Below, piece by piece: positions 20,146 to 29,516 of a stretch of DNA of 64,000 bases. The number at the start of each line of letters is the position of its first letter. Position 1 is the first letter of the stretch. Both the position numbers and the translations under genes were made by a program. A model generated the notes under the pieces. That model searched no databases and had not been told where the DNA came from. It saw only the letters and a list, made by a program, of their open reading frames with translations. The DNA is from an uncultured Chlamydiae bacterium (lineage in GTDB: Bacteria; Chlamydiota; Chlamydiia; Chlamydiales; JAJFMA01). The stretch is from NCBI GenBank assembly GCA_963713615.1, contig CAVQMM010000001.1, forward strand, positions 352,001 to 416,000, in the 5' to 3' direction.

Positions 20146-20156
20146 AATATACCACA
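20146..20156 (-). promoter_or_regulatory. Candidate extended -10 promoter for folD
   Basis: Minus strand TGTGGTATATT (TGn-TATATT) about 45 nt upstream of the start. Confidence 0.4.
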
Positions 20157-20192
20157 AGCGGGCTACGATCGCAAACGGGGCCAGTGCCCCCC

Positions 20193-20220
20193 TGTGGCGC
20201 AGTCATTCCATGACTGCGAA
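20193..20220 (+). repeat. Single REP copy
   Basis: tgtggcgcagtcattccatgactgcga, identical to the copy at 18091. Confidence 0.82.
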
Positions 20221-20449
20221 GGATCGTTGAATCCCAGGGCTTTAGCGCAGTCCCAATTCGATGTTTCAGGCCGCTTGTGGTATAAATTGCATCATTCAGA
20301 TTGCAATATTGTCGTTTGTGATATGGTGAGGTCAAAGAGAGATCGAGGTCCCCCGAAGCCCTCGGTGATCCTCGTACACTTCACCCTCAAATTGGCTCGG
20401 TAATTGCAATCACAGCATAGCAGTGAGTGCCAGTCTATGAGGAGGCAGT

Positions 20450-20956
20450 ATGAGAAATGTTCGACCGCCTGGATTGAAAAATTTAGCTTTAGCCGTCAGC
20501 CTCACCGCATCTCTAGCGCTGTTTGGCGCTGAAAAGCCCGCGGATCAGAGCGACGCACCTGCGATGACTAATGAATCGCAGCAACAATGTATAAGACTCA
20601 TGCAGGATCCCTTTCCAGACACAATCGTTGAGAAGGTTCTGACCAAAAAAGGCATTTCCGAAGGGCAAATCAAGGAAATCACCCAGGAATTGGACGCTGC
20701 TGCGGCCAAGATCCCTGATAAATTTGCACAGGCCTATGGAAATGATGAGGAACCCTCAGCCACTAATGACCCGCTGAGCGATGTGTACAATGACAGTACT
20801 GAAGAGCTGGACAACGCGCGACTTGAAGTGTTCCGCGATGTGATGAAGAAATACGTCAGTGATGTCGAAGTTGCCATGCAGATGTTCAAAGACATCAATA
20901 AACAGCGAAACAAAGAAATTAAAAATTGTTCCAGTCCTGAAAGTCCTAAGTCCTAG
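20450..20956 (+). CDS. Hypothetical exported protein
   Basis: GAGGAGG RBS, signal-peptide-like N-terminus, acidic helical body. Confidence 0.75.
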   Translation: MRNVRPPGLKNLALAVSLTASLALFGAEKPADQSDAPAMTNESQQQCIRLMQDPFPDTIVEKVLTKKGISEGQIKEITQELDAAAAKIPDKFAQAYGNDEEPSATNDPLSDVYNDSTEELDNARLEVFRDVMKKYVSDVEVAMQMFKDINKQRNKEIKNCSSPESPKS

Positions 20957-21005
20957 TGGGCACCGGATCCCCCGGGATCTCGTGCCATGGCAAGCATAAG
21001 GGGGT

Positions 21006-21039
21006 GGGCAGACTCGTACGGAGTCTGCCCCTTATTTTT
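21006..21039 (+). terminator. Intrinsic terminator
   Basis: GGGCAGACTC-gtacg-GAGTCTGCCC followed by a T-rich tract. Confidence 0.8.
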
Positions 21040-21099
21040 GTAGTGCATAAATTCATTGATTTGGTTCATAGCGGTCGAAAAGTGAATTCCGGTCCTAAG

Positions 21100-21350
21100 G
21101 TCCCCCTGTTGTCAGCTTCCCCAGGATTCGGACAAACGATGAGTTTCTGGTACACCACCTAGCTCCCAGAGCGCATTGCGAAAGCCTGTAGACAGGGCAG
21201 TATAGGATTCTCTTCCTAAGATACATACGCCCCAGCCACTGAACGGCATCCTGAAGTGATACAGTAAAACGCTTAGCGCTTCGAGTACTAATACCCGTTT
21301 TAGCAGCTGCAGTAGATTGCAAACCGCCCTTGTTTCTAATTTCTATGTAC
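21100..21350 (-). pseudogene. Degenerate, internally deleted IS21 istA remnant
   Basis: Resembles 44680-44810 and 45150-45230 of the intact istA (TAAAKTGISTRSAKRF fused directly to LLYHFRMPFSGW). Confidence 0.8.
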
Positions 21351-22225
21351 CACAAGGGATTGTAGCCTGGGAGAGGTGGCACAAATATGCCAAGACCGGT
21401 GATGGAGAGCTGGAGCGTTGGAAGCTCAACAAGCACCTTGGACGAACATACAAAGGATGGGTGTTCTTTCCTCACATGCACTTACAATGCCTCGGCCTTC
21501 ATACGTTGCGTAATCGAGGTCCATATGAAGGTGAGCTATTGGTTCGTCTCATCGATCCAAATGGGATTAGCCTAGAAGTCCATGTGACAGGTGATTCTAA
21601 AGTAAAGCTCATCAATGAGCCCTATGGAATCAGCAACGTATGTGGTGAAACCCCCAGTGGTCGCTATGATATTCGAAATACGCGTATCGCGTCCTTAGAG
21701 AATCGCGCAAAAATCGTTGTCTCCTCTCCTGAAGGAATTACACGACATTATCGAAAAAATGAGAGTCACTTTTACCTACTAGACAAGGAAATTTTAGCGA
21801 ATGGAAAGGTCCTTAGGTATACCTACAATGGAAGAGACCTTCGTTTAATCGAAAGTTTAGATCCTCAGGAAAGGTACGTTTATGCGTCGATTGCTGTGGA
21901 AGGTGCTCCCGCAGCCAAAAAATGCCAGTTTCTTAGTAACTCAGGACAATCAGCCTCTTATGAATATCAAACGCGCACGGAGTTCATACCTTTAAAGATA
22001 AGAAGGATAGAGCGAGCAAGCTGGCCTCCTCTCCTCTCTGCGGTAAATAGTCCCTTTTATCATCACGAGACGCTTAACTATACGAATATGTTTGTCTTGG
22101 AGAGCCAGCAGAGCCATCTTCAACCCTTTAAATGCAGCTATAGTACAACATCGAGCCATAATGGCCCCCCGCACCTTCGCATAGACAAGCTTTGGTTCCC
22201 CAATCCGGGAGGCGTTGAATCCGCA
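21350..22225 (+). pseudogene. Fragment of a large Rhs/YD-repeat protein N-terminal region
   Basis: GWVFFPH, DPNG, LLDKEILANGKVLRYTY and SASYEY YD-like segments; no credible start, truncated at both ends. Confidence 0.6.
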
Positions 22226-22294
22226 GCCGCATTTGCAGGTTGCGCGTGTCTGTTTCTGAGGTACAGGTTTACTGTATATCTCGAACTGATACAT
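22225..22294 (-). pseudogene. 5' fragment of a phage RusA-like Holliday junction resolvase
   Basis: MYQFEIYSKPVPQKQTR resembles the RusA N-terminal F.I...PVPK.R.R motif; lies downstream of a Cro-like gene. Confidence 0.4.
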
Positions 22295-22425
22295 GGATGT
22301 AAATGCCTAGTTACCGTGTGTTAACTTAGGCATATTACAGAACTTTATTTATGGCAATAAAATTTTGAAAAGCAACCGAAGAAATATCAGTTGCCCTAGG
22401 GGAAAGGGTAAAATAACTGTTTCAG

Positions 22426-22647
22426 TTATGCCGCTTTCCGGCGCTTATAACATGAGGCATGGTCCTTAATTTTTAAGCACTCTCGTTTAATTAGGCCATT
22501 AGATGCCTCTATAATCCTCTCGGCCTTCATCTTCTGGATATAGCCACCCCTTAGGTACCTGTACAGCGTTTCTAGTCTGATGTCTGCTTTGAGGCAAAAG
22601 GCTAGTTGATGTTCCCTTGTAAACGCAAAATAATCCTTTAAATTCAT
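22426..22647 (-). CDS. Cro/YdaS-like phage helix-turn-helix protein
   Basis: MNLKDYF...Q.AF....I...TLYRYLRG....AERIIEASNGLI pattern; GGAGG RBS. Confidence 0.7.
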   Translation of the reverse strand: MNLKDYFAFTREHQLAFCLKADIRLETLYRYLRGGYIQKMKAERIIEASNGLIKRECLKIKDHASCYKRRKAA

Positions 22648-22672
22648 AATTATCCTCCCTGTTGGCGGTTCC

Positions 22673-22701
22673 ACGATACCACGTTAGGTTATTTGCGTCA
22701 A
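22673..22701 (-). promoter_or_regulatory. Sigma70-type promoter of the cro-like gene
   Basis: TTGACG-17 nt-TATCGT with extended TG. Confidence 0.55.
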
Positions 22702-22781
22702 TTAGTCTGAAAAAATGGCATAGGATGACCGGAAATATTAATGTAAACTAATAGCTCGAAAGTTAACTATAATATAAAATG

Positions 22782-22891
22782 CTCGGGGTCAGACGTGACT
22801 TGTTGATTTGTTCATCATATGAGAGAGATCATGTGTGAGAAATCAACCCGCGTTTCGGTCGAAAAGTCAGCAAGTCACGTCTGACCCCGAG
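22782..22891. repeat. Short inverted-repeat element replacing the 5' end of IS110
   Basis: CTCGGGGTCAGACGTGACTTG...CAAGTCACGTCTGACCCCGAG. Confidence 0.85.
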
Positions 22892-23755
22892 GACCCGGCA
22901 AGCATTGAGGTCGAAGCTAGAAACCGAGTTAAGAACGATAAGCGTGATTCAAAAAAAATGGCTATACAGTTGTCACAAGGACGCCTCACCGGCATACATG
23001 TACCAACTCCCGAACGCGAGAGCTTTCGAACCCTATCTAGGCTAAGAGATACCTTGATGAAAGAGCGAACTCGCACCAGTCTTCGCATAAAGAGTCTTCT
23101 ATTCTGCCAAGGTGCGATAGGGCCTGATGACAACATCAGAATATCTCAAAGCTGGCTCAGGGAGCTACTAAAACAAAAATTCAGTTCAGACGTAGATTAT
23201 GTGCTAAAGACTTACGCCAAGCTATGGATGTATCTTTCCGATACCATCAAAAAAACTGTCGAAAGACTAAAGATTCAGGCCTGGCGGGACAAAGATATGG
23301 AAGATATCTATACGAGCTTTGCTGGTATTGGTCCTACAGCAGCTCGAATTTTGATCAATGAGTTGGGCGATCTATCGCAGTTCCCAAATGATCCCAGCCT
23401 GTTTAGCTATGTTGGAATGACCCCCTCGGAACACTCGTCAGGAGAACATCGTTGGTTAGGCCACATAACACGCCAAGGCAGACCGGTCTTGCGTAAAGTT
23501 TTGGTGCAATGTGCTTGGGTAGCAATCAGACATGACTATTCTTTGAGAAAGGCCTTTGAATCTCTTGAAAGTAGGATTGGCGCGCGCAAAGCAATTGTAG
23601 CAATTGCTAGAAAGCTTATTGGCCGTGTACGCACGTGCTTGAGAGAGAAACGTAAGTATCAGATGGTAACGGAAACCGGAGAACTAGTGACCCACAAAGC
23701 AGTAGATACCCCAGAGGTTGTCGAAGCGTGTGAGGAAGCTGTTCACTCATGTTAA
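22892..23755 (+). pseudogene. IS110-family recombinase/transposase, N-terminally truncated
   Basis: KNDKRDS (last two DEDD acids), GIGP..A, EHSSG catalytic Ser, ITRQG..LR, AIVAIARKL; the first RuvC D and E are missing. Confidence 0.9.
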
Positions 23756-24020
23756 TAAGTAGACAACCGCACTTCGTCTATAAAACAATGTTAAACGCGG
23801 TTGCCTACTTATTAACATGGCGAACAGCGAGGAAGAAGAGTATTATATCTTTCTTTTTTTTAAGAAACCGAACGTTGGAGATTTCACCGTAGCCTTGTCA
23901 GCTCTCTTGTGGGCCGCTTATGCGGGGTCACGAACCACAGTTTAAGGTGCGGTGCTTTAGTACTCGAATAAGTAACTTGTGGAAGATTTACGAACCTTGC
24001 CACGAATAGCAGATTGAGAA
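23738..24020 (+). ncRNA. Predicted bridge RNA/seekRNA with target- and donor-binding loops
   Basis: 5' hairpin 23738-23828. Loop 1 carries GCTCTCT/ACCACAG, matching the target GCTCT-CT-GTGGT. Loop 2 carries AGTAACT/ATAGCAG, and ATAGCAG equals the IS right end. RNA boundaries are approximate. Confidence 0.8.
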
Positions 24021-24170
24021 TAAGGCATTTAATATAAGTCCTTAGGTCTCGTAAAAAACGAGTCACCTCCAAGACGTATTACCGACCAGGAAGGGATATG
24101 CGACATTAAGACTTGAACCGTTACTACAATTCTGCATGGATCTAGGCTAAGGGAAAACAGCTCAAAAGGC

Positions 24171-24176
24171 TTGACA
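24171..24176 (+). promoter_or_regulatory. Outward-facing -35 box at the IS110 right end (half of a circle-junction promoter)
   Basis: Perfect TTGACA ending 13 nt before the end of the AG core. Confidence 0.65.
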
Positions 24177-24187
24177 CTTCACATAGC

Positions 24188-24330
24188 AGAGAGCACCGAG
24201 ACGCAGAGATCGGAGAGAGAGGAAGGGAGGAACATGACCTATTAAGATCAAAAAAACGATCTCTTCTTTCCTCTCTCTCCGATCTCTGCGTCTCGGCGCT
24301 CTCTGTGGTAAAATCCTAAATCCTCTCCCT
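24188..24330. repeat. Palindromic element, family P; left arm cut by the IS110 insertion
   Basis: AGAGAGCACCGAGACGCAGAGATCGGAGAGAGAGG pairs with CCTCTCTCTCCGATCTCTGCGTCTCGGCGCTCTCT; the right arm continues GTGGTAAAATCC with no left partner. Confidence 0.85.
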
Positions 24331-24453
24331 GCTCACTTCTGCCTTTGTAGTCAAGTCCTACAACCCCGGATGAGCCAGATGATGGGGTGGGTCTATTTCC
24401 CGGTTACGTGCAGATAGGAGAGCTTTCCTTTGCTCCTTTGCGTTAAAAAAAAA

Positions 24454-25722
24454 TCATAGGAGTTTTTTGCGGAGCTGCGCAAAATAATCCATGCGTTTTT
24501 TCATCTCACGCTCAAAGCCACGCAGAACAGGCTCATAGAAAGATTCGCGAGGCATTTCCTCGGGAAAATAATTCTGGCCAGAAAATCCGTGTGGGGTGTC
24601 AGGATCATATTGATAGCCGGCGCCATATCCTTGCTCCTTCATGACGCGTGTGTGGGCATTTAGGATATGCTTGGGAGGGGGCAGGTGTGTGGTCGCTTTC
24701 GCCACAGCCCTAGCGGTATTATAGGCGCGATAGACTCTATTACTCTTTGGTGCTAGGGCGAGGTAGACGGTTGCTTCCGCTAAGGCGAGTTCTCCTTCAG
24801 GGCTTCCAAGCATGTCGTAGCTATCCCTAGCTGCTATCGTTAGCGGCAGAGCTTGTGGATCAGCGAGCCCGATATCTTCCGAGGCCATTCTAATGAGGCG
24901 GCGGGCGATGAACATGGGGTCTTCGCCACCCTCTAGCATACGGCAAAGCCAATAAAGGGCTGCATCAGGATCAGAGCCTCGCACAGCCTTATGCATGGCA
25001 GAAATGATATTGTAGTGGTACTCTCCACTGCGGTCATAGTGAGGTGCACGTTGGTGTAAGCGTTCCAGTAGCTCTTTGGGATCAAGAGGATGGTCCAAGG
25101 AAAGGCCTTCAAGACTTTCAATCATATTAAGGAGATAGCGTCCATCTCCTTGGGCCATTTGAATAAGCTGATTTCGTGCTTCAGCAGACAAAGGCAGCGG
25201 CTTGTATTGTTTTTCGTAGCGCTCTAGCAATATCGCGAGGGCTATTTCGTTCAATGGATTAAGCGTTAATACGCGTACTCGGGATAGTAAGGCATTGCTG
25301 AGGTGAAAGGATGGATTCTCCGCTGTAGCACCTACCAGGACGAGTGTGCCATCTTCAATAAAAGGTAGAAAGGCTTCCTGCTGAGTTTTGTTGAATCGGT
25401 GAATTTCATCGACGAAGACGAGCGTGCCGCGATGCAGTAGAGGAGTACTAGTGGCCTCTTTTACGATAGTTCTCAGATCAGCAATGCCGCTGAAAACAGC
25501 GCTAAGGTTCACAAAGCGATAGGTAAAAGCCTGTGCATACAGCCTTGCAATGCTAGTTTTCCCAGTGCCCGGAGGACCCCACAAAACAATCGATAGAGGC
25601 TTACCTGACTTGATGACCCGGTTGAGAAAGCCTTGTTCGCCGACGAGATGATCTTGCCCGACGATGGCATCGAGAGAGGCTGGCCGTAGGCGCTCTGCCA
25701 AAGGGACATTAGCTTTAGCCAT
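24454..25722 (-). CDS. rarA: Replication-associated recombination protein A (MgsA)
   Basis: PLAERLRP, WGPPGTGKT, DEIHRFNK, ASEDIGLADP, APKSN. Confidence 0.95.
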   Translation of the reverse strand: MAKANVPLAERLRPASLDAIVGQDHLVGEQGFLNRVIKSGKPLSIVLWGPPGTGKTSIARLYAQAFTYRFVNLSAVFSGIADLRTIVKEATSTPLLHRGTLVFVDEIHRFNKTQQEAFLPFIEDGTLVLVGATAENPSFHLSNALLSRVRVLTLNPLNEIALAILLERYEKQYKPLPLSAEARNQLIQMAQGDGRYLLNMIESLEGLSLDHPLDPKELLERLHQRAPHYDRSGEYHYNIISAMHKAVRGSDPDAALYWLCRMLEGGEDPMFIARRLIRMASEDIGLADPQALPLTIAARDSYDMLGSPEGELALAEATVYLALAPKSNRVYRAYNTARAVAKATTHLPPPKHILNAHTRVMKEQGYGAGYQYDPDTPHGFSGQNYFPEEMPRESFYEPVLRGFEREMKKRMDYFAQLRKKLL

Positions 25723-25723
25723 A

Positions 25724-26254
25724 TCATGCATCCTGTCGTAGGCAAAGGGTTGAATCGCGACTTTGAGAGCGACGTCTGAGTAGATATGTAGGTAGGGCAA
25801 ACCAACCCAAAGCATAAATAGCGTCGAGAAAGGGGAAAACTAGCAGATCCGTTCCAGCCCATTGCCATGAAGGATGAAAATCATTAGTCATTATCTTCAG
25901 TGTCATCGCTTGCAAAATAGTAGAAATGACAGAGAATAGGAAAGTCATCAGGGGTAGAGTGGAGATTTTGTCTTCGAAAAAGTGTCTTTTCTGGCTGAAA
26001 AGAATGCTGGTAGTGATGCAATAGTTGATGACATAGATGCCTAAACGCGCGCGAGCAGAGAGGAGATCCATAATCAGCCCGCAGATGACGCTATACCACA
26101 GACAGCTGCTCAACGGGCGTTTATAAAACATCAGCGCTAGAAAAGGCGAGAAGTAAGAGATTCTAAGCCACGGCCATGCCACCGGACAGATGATCGCCGG
26201 TATAGTGGCTAACAGAAAGGTTAAAAAAACCAACTTCTTGTTGTTGTGGGTCAC
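25724..26254 (-). CDS. mreD: Rod shape-determining protein MreD-like membrane protein
   Basis: Five hydrophobic segments, GLIMDLLS...LG motif. Confidence 0.7.
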   Translation of the reverse strand: MTHNNKKLVFLTFLLATIPAIICPVAWPWLRISYFSPFLALMFYKRPLSSCLWYSVICGLIMDLLSARARLGIYVINYCITTSILFSQKRHFFEDKISTLPLMTFLFSVISTILQAMTLKIMTNDFHPSWQWAGTDLLVFPFLDAIYALGWFALPTYLLRRRSQSRDSTLCLRQDA

Positions 26255-26257
26255 GGA

Positions 26258-26938
26258 TTAACAAGCACCCTTGGCTCTGACGATGGCCGGAATTGTTTTG
26301 AGTATTAAGAGGGCATCCAGGGCTATACTCTGACGATCTACATAGTTTTCATCCATGTCTACACGTTCGATATAAGTGATACGTTGCCGGTCACAGGTTT
26401 GCCAGATTCCTGTGATTCCAGGTCTAACACTAAGAACCTTTGGAGCTCGTAGTCCATAGTATAGGCGAATTTCCTCGGCGGTAACCGGACGCGGACCGAC
26501 GACGCTGAGGTCTCCACGGAGCACATTCCAAAATTGAGGAAGTTCATCGAGTGATGTTTTACGTAGCAGTTTCCCTACAGGAGTGATGCGTGGGTCATTG
26601 GTAAGCTTTCTTTTACTCTCCCACTCACGACGAAGATTGGGGTGAGAGAGTAAGAGCTTCTCGAGAACCTCATCGGCATCGGGGTACATCGTACGAAATT
26701 TGTAGCATCGAAAAAGCTTTCCACCACGGCCAACGCGTTCCTGAGAATAGATGGGGCTGCCTGCAGAAGTCAGCCTAATGGCAACAATGATGATTAACAA
26801 AAGAGGGAAGCCTACTAATAATAAGGTTAGGCTAAACAAAATATCCAAAATGCGTTTTAGACGAAGATGCTTGACGCGCAGCTTATCACAAGCTGGCAGT
26901 GTCAGCGTTCTTGAGGGACTGGTACTCGTCCACTCCAC
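26258..26938 (-). CDS. Bacterial sugar transferase (phosphoglycosyl transferase)
   Basis: KR..DI, KFRTM, DPRIT..G..LRKTSLDELPQF.NVL.GD.S.VGPRP. Confidence 0.93.
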   Translation of the reverse strand: MEWTSTSPSRTLTLPACDKLRVKHLRLKRILDILFSLTLLLVGFPLLLIIIVAIRLTSAGSPIYSQERVGRGGKLFRCYKFRTMYPDADEVLEKLLLSHPNLRREWESKRKLTNDPRITPVGKLLRKTSLDELPQFWNVLRGDLSVVGPRPVTAEEIRLYYGLRAPKVLSVRPGITGIWQTCDRQRITYIERVDMDENYVDRQSIALDALLILKTIPAIVRAKGAC

Positions 26939-27129
26939 GGTTTATTTCCTCCTAAGGTTGAAAGCGAACTATATCCAAGTCGACAACATTTTGCCACAGA
27001 TTTAGGACTATACCACTCACCTTATTTGCATTTAGAAGATGGGAGTGATCCTGCCTATCCTGCCGCGAAGCGATCCTGCATATCCTGTTAAAGTCCATTT
27101 TAGCCGTATCTACGCTATCCTGCACCTTG

Positions 27130-27993
27130 TTATGAAGAGCGATGCACAAGTTGATGGGCTAATGCCCTAAGGGTATCGGTATTACCGGGCAGCTGAGAGA
27201 TGATATCCATGCTCTGAACAAGGAGCTCATCGGCTTTTTGCTGTGATTGCTCGAGGCCAAGCAGCGAAACGTAGGTTGTTTTTGCGTTAATAACGTCAGA
27301 GCTAACGCTTTTACCATGCTTAGTTTCACTAGCTACGATGTCTAAGATATCATCCACAATCTGGAAGGCTTGTCCAAGCAAGCCACCCAAAAGAGTGAGT
27401 TGTTCGAGAATAACCGAGTCCACGCGAGCAATGATACCGCCGAACTGCAACGGTGCCGTCAGAAGAGCTCCGGTTTTATGTCGGTGGATATTTTGAAGAC
27501 TCTCCAGGTCGATAGCGCGGTCTTCAGCTTCAAGATCCATGATCTGACCAGCCACCATGCCAGAGCCTCCTGCGGCACGTGCTAGTGTGGCGACGAGTTG
27601 CACGCGCTGAGAATCGGAAAGGCATGGTGCGATAGCAAGCACTTCGAAGGCATAGGTGAGCAAGAAATCCCCGGCCAGTACCGCATGGCCTTCAGGGTAT
27701 ACGTGATGCAGTGTTGGCTTGCCACGACGGAAGTCATCATCGTCCATGCATGGAAGGTCGTCATGGATGAGCGAGTAGGCATGAACCATTTCGATGGCAC
27801 AGGCAGGATCGAGGGCGTGGTCGGCCGGAGCTCCCAAAGCTTCTGTCGTAGCGATGGTAAGCAGAGGACGCAGGCGTTTGCCTCCACCGAGAAGAGAGTA
27901 ACGAGCCGCCTGAAGTAATGAGTGATAGGACGAGTCGGTATCGGCTACGAGCTCATTGAGGCGTGCGTTAATACATGCGACGTGACTATCCAT
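27130..27993 (-). CDS. ispA: Polyprenyl (FPP/GGPP) synthase
   Basis: GGKRLRP, SLIHDDLPCMDDDDFRRG, KTGAL, FQIVDDILD. Confidence 0.95.
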   Translation of the reverse strand: MDSHVACINARLNELVADTDSSYHSLLQAARYSLLGGGKRLRPLLTIATTEALGAPADHALDPACAIEMVHAYSLIHDDLPCMDDDDFRRGKPTLHHVYPEGHAVLAGDFLLTYAFEVLAIAPCLSDSQRVQLVATLARAAGGSGMVAGQIMDLEAEDRAIDLESLQNIHRHKTGALLTAPLQFGGIIARVDSVILEQLTLLGGLLGQAFQIVDDILDIVASETKHGKSVSSDVINAKTTYVSLLGLEQSQQKADELLVQSMDIISQLPGNTDTLRALAHQLVHRSS

Positions 27994-28015
27994 TGTTGCG
28001 GTTTTAAACACGGCA

Positions 28016-29434
28016 TTAGCCTCTCGATGCTGTTGTTGCAGATCCTTCACTAGCCGAAGCTGGTATCTGAGAAGGAGAGCTCTCTTTTTCCTTTACGTGA
28101 GGGTGATGCTTTTGACCTATACAGAAGTAGTCAAAGCCCTTCTGGACCATTTCCCGGGCCTGGTATTGATTTCGTCCATCAAAGAAGGCATGTCCTGCCA
28201 TTGCTTCTTTAATAAGATCGAAGTCTAGAAAGCGGAATTGTCGCCATTCAGTGACGAGGGCTAGGGCATCGGCACCTGCGGCGGCGTCGAGCTCATCGAT
28301 TGCCCAGTAGATGTGTGGGTCCTTCGGGAAGCTACTTTGAGCTGTTTCCATTGCTACGGGGTCATAAAGGCGTACTTTGGCACCGGCTTCCAAGAGTTGC
28401 TCGACGAGAACACGTGCCGGGGCTTCACGGACATCATCAGTATTTGGCTTAAAGGCCAGTCCTAAAATGCCAATCGTTTTCCCTTGTAGTCCACCTCTAG
28501 TGGCGAAGTAGGTGATGATCTTGCGTCCTAGAACCTGCTTCTGTCGCATATTTACCGTCTCAATAGCGCTAAGAATCGGCGTAGTGTAGTTGACATTACG
28601 CGCTTGTGCTTGCAGCGCCCTGACATCTTTGGGAAAGCAGGCTCCGCCAAAGCCTACGCCGGCATAGAGGAACTTAAAGCCAATACGACTATCGGAGCCG
28701 ATGCCTTTGCGGACTTGGTTAATATCGGCATCAACGAGTTCACAGATGCCTGAGAGCTCGTTCATAAAGGATATTCTTAAGGCAAGCATCGAGTTGGCAG
28801 CATATTTGGTGAGCTCGGCTGAGACGACGTCCATGGTTAAGATGCGATCACTGCTGAGGGTAAAGGCCGAGTAAATCTCTTTAACTAAATCTTCCGAATG
28901 CTTGTTGGGGGCTCCGATGATGACACGATCGGGTTTCAGGCAGTCGTTGATAGCGTCGCCTTCCTTGAGAAACTCAGGGTTTGACACGACATCGAATTCC
29001 ACATTGACGTTACGTTCAGCAAGTGTTTTTTTGATTATTTTGGACACCTCAGCGGCGGTGCCCACAGGGACTGTAGACTTGATGACGATAAGGTGATAGT
29101 TATTCATTTCTTGAGCGATGGAGCGGGCCACAGCGCGAACCTTGGAGAGGTCAGCTTCACCATTCGGACTTTGTGGGGTATCCACAGCAATAAAACAGAC
29201 GGAACATAGGCTAACGGCTTCAGAATATTTTGTGGTGAATTGCAAGCGGCCGTCGTTGACATTGCGCTGGACCATCTCCTGAAGGCCTGGTTCATAGATA
29301 GGCATCTGCCCTTTGAGGAGCTTGGCGATCTTCTCCGCATCAATATCCAAGCAAATGACATGATGTCCCATTTCGGCAAGGCAAGTCCCTGTGACAAGAC
29401 CGACATAGCCAGTACCAATGACCAATAGCTTCAT
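28016..29434 (-). CDS. ugd: UDP-glucose 6-dehydrogenase
   Basis: GTGYVG, KSTVPVG, NPEFLKEG, GFGGACFPKD, FKPNTDD. Confidence 0.96.
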   Translation of the reverse strand: MKLLVIGTGYVGLVTGTCLAEMGHHVICLDIDAEKIAKLLKGQMPIYEPGLQEMVQRNVNDGRLQFTTKYSEAVSLCSVCFIAVDTPQSPNGEADLSKVRAVARSIAQEMNNYHLIVIKSTVPVGTAAEVSKIIKKTLAERNVNVEFDVVSNPEFLKEGDAINDCLKPDRVIIGAPNKHSEDLVKEIYSAFTLSSDRILTMDVVSAELTKYAANSMLALRISFMNELSGICELVDADINQVRKGIGSDSRIGFKFLYAGVGFGGACFPKDVRALQAQARNVNYTTPILSAIETVNMRQKQVLGRKIITYFATRGGLQGKTIGILGLAFKPNTDDVREAPARVLVEQLLEAGAKVRLYDPVAMETAQSSFPKDPHIYWAIDELDAAAGADALALVTEWRQFRFLDFDLIKEAMAGHAFFDGRNQYQAREMVQKGFDYFCIGQKHHPHVKEKESSPSQIPASASEGSATTASRG

Positions 29435-29516
29435 AGCAACCCCTCATCTCCTTAACGATTTATACCACGCGTGGTATACCACATATTAGGCCAATAGCCT
29501 GACACATTCGAACGTT

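Larger units (their letters stand above)
22892..24189 (+). mobile_element. IS110-family element (IS1111-like layout with a long 3' non-coding end); left end lost
   Basis: Transposase followed by ~430 nt of structured non-coding DNA ending TTGACACTTCACATAGCAG, which abuts a truncated family-P repeat arm. Confidence 0.85.

Noticed and set aside
20140..20200. Short resemblance to 6S RNA words (ATACCACAAG, GGGCCAGT)
   Set aside because: Motifs are in the wrong order, no long rod structure is visible, and the region is explained by a folD promoter and a REP
22835..22891. ORF-track start for the IS110 transposase
   Set aside because: These codons come from the inverted-repeat element; the real N-terminal RuvC half is missing
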